This document shows, in pieces, positions 61,752 through 64,000 of a stretch of DNA of 64,000 nucleotides. Position numbers and translations under genes: made by a program. The notes beneath the pieces are model-generated. The model made no database searches. It was not told where the DNA came from and saw nothing but the letters and a program-made list of their open reading frames with translations. The DNA is from Camelus dromedarius (taxonomy: Eukaryota), in NCBI RefSeq assembly GCF_036321535.1, contig NC_087472.1, positions 100,318,001 to 100,382,000 of the forward strand. The letters run 5' to 3'. How positions within the stretch are numbered: the stretch's first letter is position 1; every line of letters starts with the position of its first letter.

Positions 61752-61778
61752 TACTTATATATATTTATATATATATAA
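61706..61778. repeat. Compound (TA)n(CA)n microsatellite
   Basis: About 17 TA units followed by CA units and further imperfect TA. Confidence 0.95.
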
Positions 61779-62164
61779 ACGCATGGTCTTTCATTTAATG
61801 CTGGTTTATCCAGAGGCTAATCTAACAAATGAGTTGATTTCCTGTGTTTGGGGGTCATCTTATGGCCCAGTAGAAGTTCTTTTAAAAAATTAAAAAGAAG
61901 AAAACTCCATGATAGGTACTGAATAAATGTTTGTTGAATAAATTAATGATTGTAAACGCTTTTAAAAATGACTCACTGTTGGGACATAGCAGCCTTTGCT
62001 TTCAAGGAGCTCACAGCTTCATTTGGAAAAACAGGAGAGTAAGCAGAGATTAATTAGGACAATGTGAGAAGCATTGGGACAGAGCTAAGCAATGAAAGCA
62101 ATGATATCAGATGAGACCATGTGTACAAAAAACACAGCATTTCATCCCAAGGTGGTATATAAGA

Positions 62165-62415
62165 CGCAGTGGTTATGAATGCAGGCCGGAGCTAAGTGTC
62201 TTAGGTTCAAGCCCCATCTCTTCCTATTATAACTGGCGGTGTGATCTTGAGCAAGTTATCCTTTAACTTCTCTGCACTTCTGTTTCCTCATTTGTAAAAG
62301 TGAAAATAATAATTATATCTACTTCATAGAATTGTGAGGATGAAATGAGCTAAGATATACTGAGTCCTGAGAATAGAGCCTGGGACTTGATGAAAACTCA
62401 AAAATGTTGGCTATA
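62165..62415 (+). mobile_element. MIR SINE, near full length
   Basis: GCAGTGGTTATGAATGCAGG...GTGATCTTGAGCAAGTTA...TGTTTCCTCATTTGTAAAAGTG. Confidence 0.85.
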
Positions 62416-63084
62416 ACTAGAAAACACTCATTTCAAGCAAGGAGAAGCTCTATCAGATAAAATTAAAGCAAACTCTTTTCTAGGCAAGCTGGTAGGAGTT
62501 GTGGTGATTTTTATCTTTCCCTTACTTGTCACTCTCTGTCCCAAACCACTTTTCCTTAGTTCCAGTTGAGCAGGAAAAGCTGTTTCATCTTTGGCAGTTC
62601 TTCCAAATTCAGTAGACTGTGACTGGATTATTTAGAGAGTTAATGGACAGTTCCTGGCTCATGTACAAATGTACAAATCCTCATCATTTTTGCCCTGAAC
62701 CTTTGATATAAAGAACGACAAGTGGACACTGTAATGTCCCCCTGAGAATGTACAAGGAGTCGTTTATTCACATTGTTTCAGAGGGAGACTGATATGAGCC
62801 CTTGGAGGTGGGTAGAAGTAACCTTCTAGTACCTTGCAAAATCCAGTGAATAGAAGGACAGGGCGAAACTGGAAAGGGAACTTTTACTTTTCATTGGACT
62901 GAAGAAGTATAAGGAGATAATTTGCTTTTTCAGCTTACCAGGATTCCACCATCTTCATTTGGGTCGATTGAATGTTTGAAGATGGTCTAAGAGGCTACAA
63001 TCTCTGCTCCCCTAATTTAAACCTACAAACCTGTCTGCTCTAATGTTGTCAAAAAGTCTCATCATTTAAAAAGTACTCTTCTGT

Positions 63085-63432
63085 TTTCCCAATTGTTTCA
63101 AAATTTAAATATGGACTGAGCAATAGATGATATTTATGCATTGTTAATAATTTGGTTAACTGTGATAATAGCACTGTGGTCATATAAGAAAAACATTTTC
63201 CATCCTTCCTTCCTTCTGTCCTTCCTTCCTTCCTTTCTTTTGAGAAACATTTCAAAGTAAAAAGGACATGACGACTGACATTTGCTTTAGAGAAATCTTA
63301 GGGGAAAAAAAGTTTATGGGGTACTTAATAAAATAAGATTGGCAAAGTATTTTGCTTGTTGAATCTGGATGACAAGTCCTAAGTGGTTACTTGTAGTCTC
63401 TTTTAGGTAGTTTTGGAAATTTTCCCAACAAA
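63085..63432 (+). mobile_element. Old L1 (L1MC/ME) 3' end
   Basis: TTAAATATGGACTGAG...TGTGATAATAGCACTGTGGTCATATAAGAAAA...AATAAGATTGGCAAA. Confidence 0.7.
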
Positions 63433-64000
63433 AACTACATTTTTCTGTTTTCAGGCACCGTTCTCAATCTTGCTTTGACACCCCCTGGGCAACAGGCTGG
63501 CACCACCCCTTCCTCAACTGCGTGAGGTGGTTTCCTTAGCAGTTTGCTGGTATAGATTACAGATGTGACTGAGAGCAGCCAGCGGGGCCTACGGCAAGGG
63601 GTAGGACTCTTCGAGTAGCCAGGATCCCTGCACTGGTAGCCTAGGGCCATAAGTAGCCTCATCCAGCTACCCTAGGGTGCTGCTCAGATAATCACTACTG
63701 TCTTTGAGACAAGTGATGAAAAAAACACTGGTCCAAAGTACTTCCCATTAAGAAGTAAGTATTCCTTGGGAGGGGTTAACTCAGCAAGCTCAGGTTCTGC
63801 TCTTAGGGGAACCCAAACTAGATGGATATCTAGATAGATAAGGCCTGAGAAACAGCCACTGGATCTGAAAGTCAGTTAGATTGGTGACTTGAGTGAAGAA
63901 TTTGGAAATGAGGGAAGAGAGGCCACATTTCAGTGAGATACGAAATGAATAGGAAAGGAATGATGGAGAAGATACTTCAGAAGCAAAGTCACCGACATAA

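Overview
Mammalian, AT-rich, CpG-depleted non-coding DNA (intergenic or deep intronic). It is most likely camelid (alpaca/camel/llama). That call is inferred from four tRNA-Ala-like SINEs of the vic-1 type and artiodactyl-type L1 3' ends, with no Alu, B1, Bov-A/BovB, PRE-1 or Can-SINE seen. I found no protein-coding exon, intact RNA gene or CpG-island promoter that I can support. The ORFs in the track that I could assign are L1 ORF2 remnants or antisense reads of repeats; the rest look like chance ORFs. Much of the window is transposon-derived: L1, HAL1, L2, MIR, MaLR/ERV solo LTRs and hAT/Tigger MITEs, often nested and with readable target-site duplications (TSDs). Subfamily names come from my recollection of consensus sequences and need RepeatMasker/Dfam confirmation. 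The most notable observations are: (1) a 2.1-kb L1 that keeps both termini and TSDs but has two internal deletions; (2) a 27-nt tailless U6 retrocopy with a 17-bp TSD; (3) an old L1 whose ORF2 segments are rearranged with one inverted; (4) an L1 with a chimeric 3' UTR; (5) a few candidate regulatory patches; (6) an unidentified coding-like segment at 2.0-4.3 kb. I could not support a new multi-gene biological system here.
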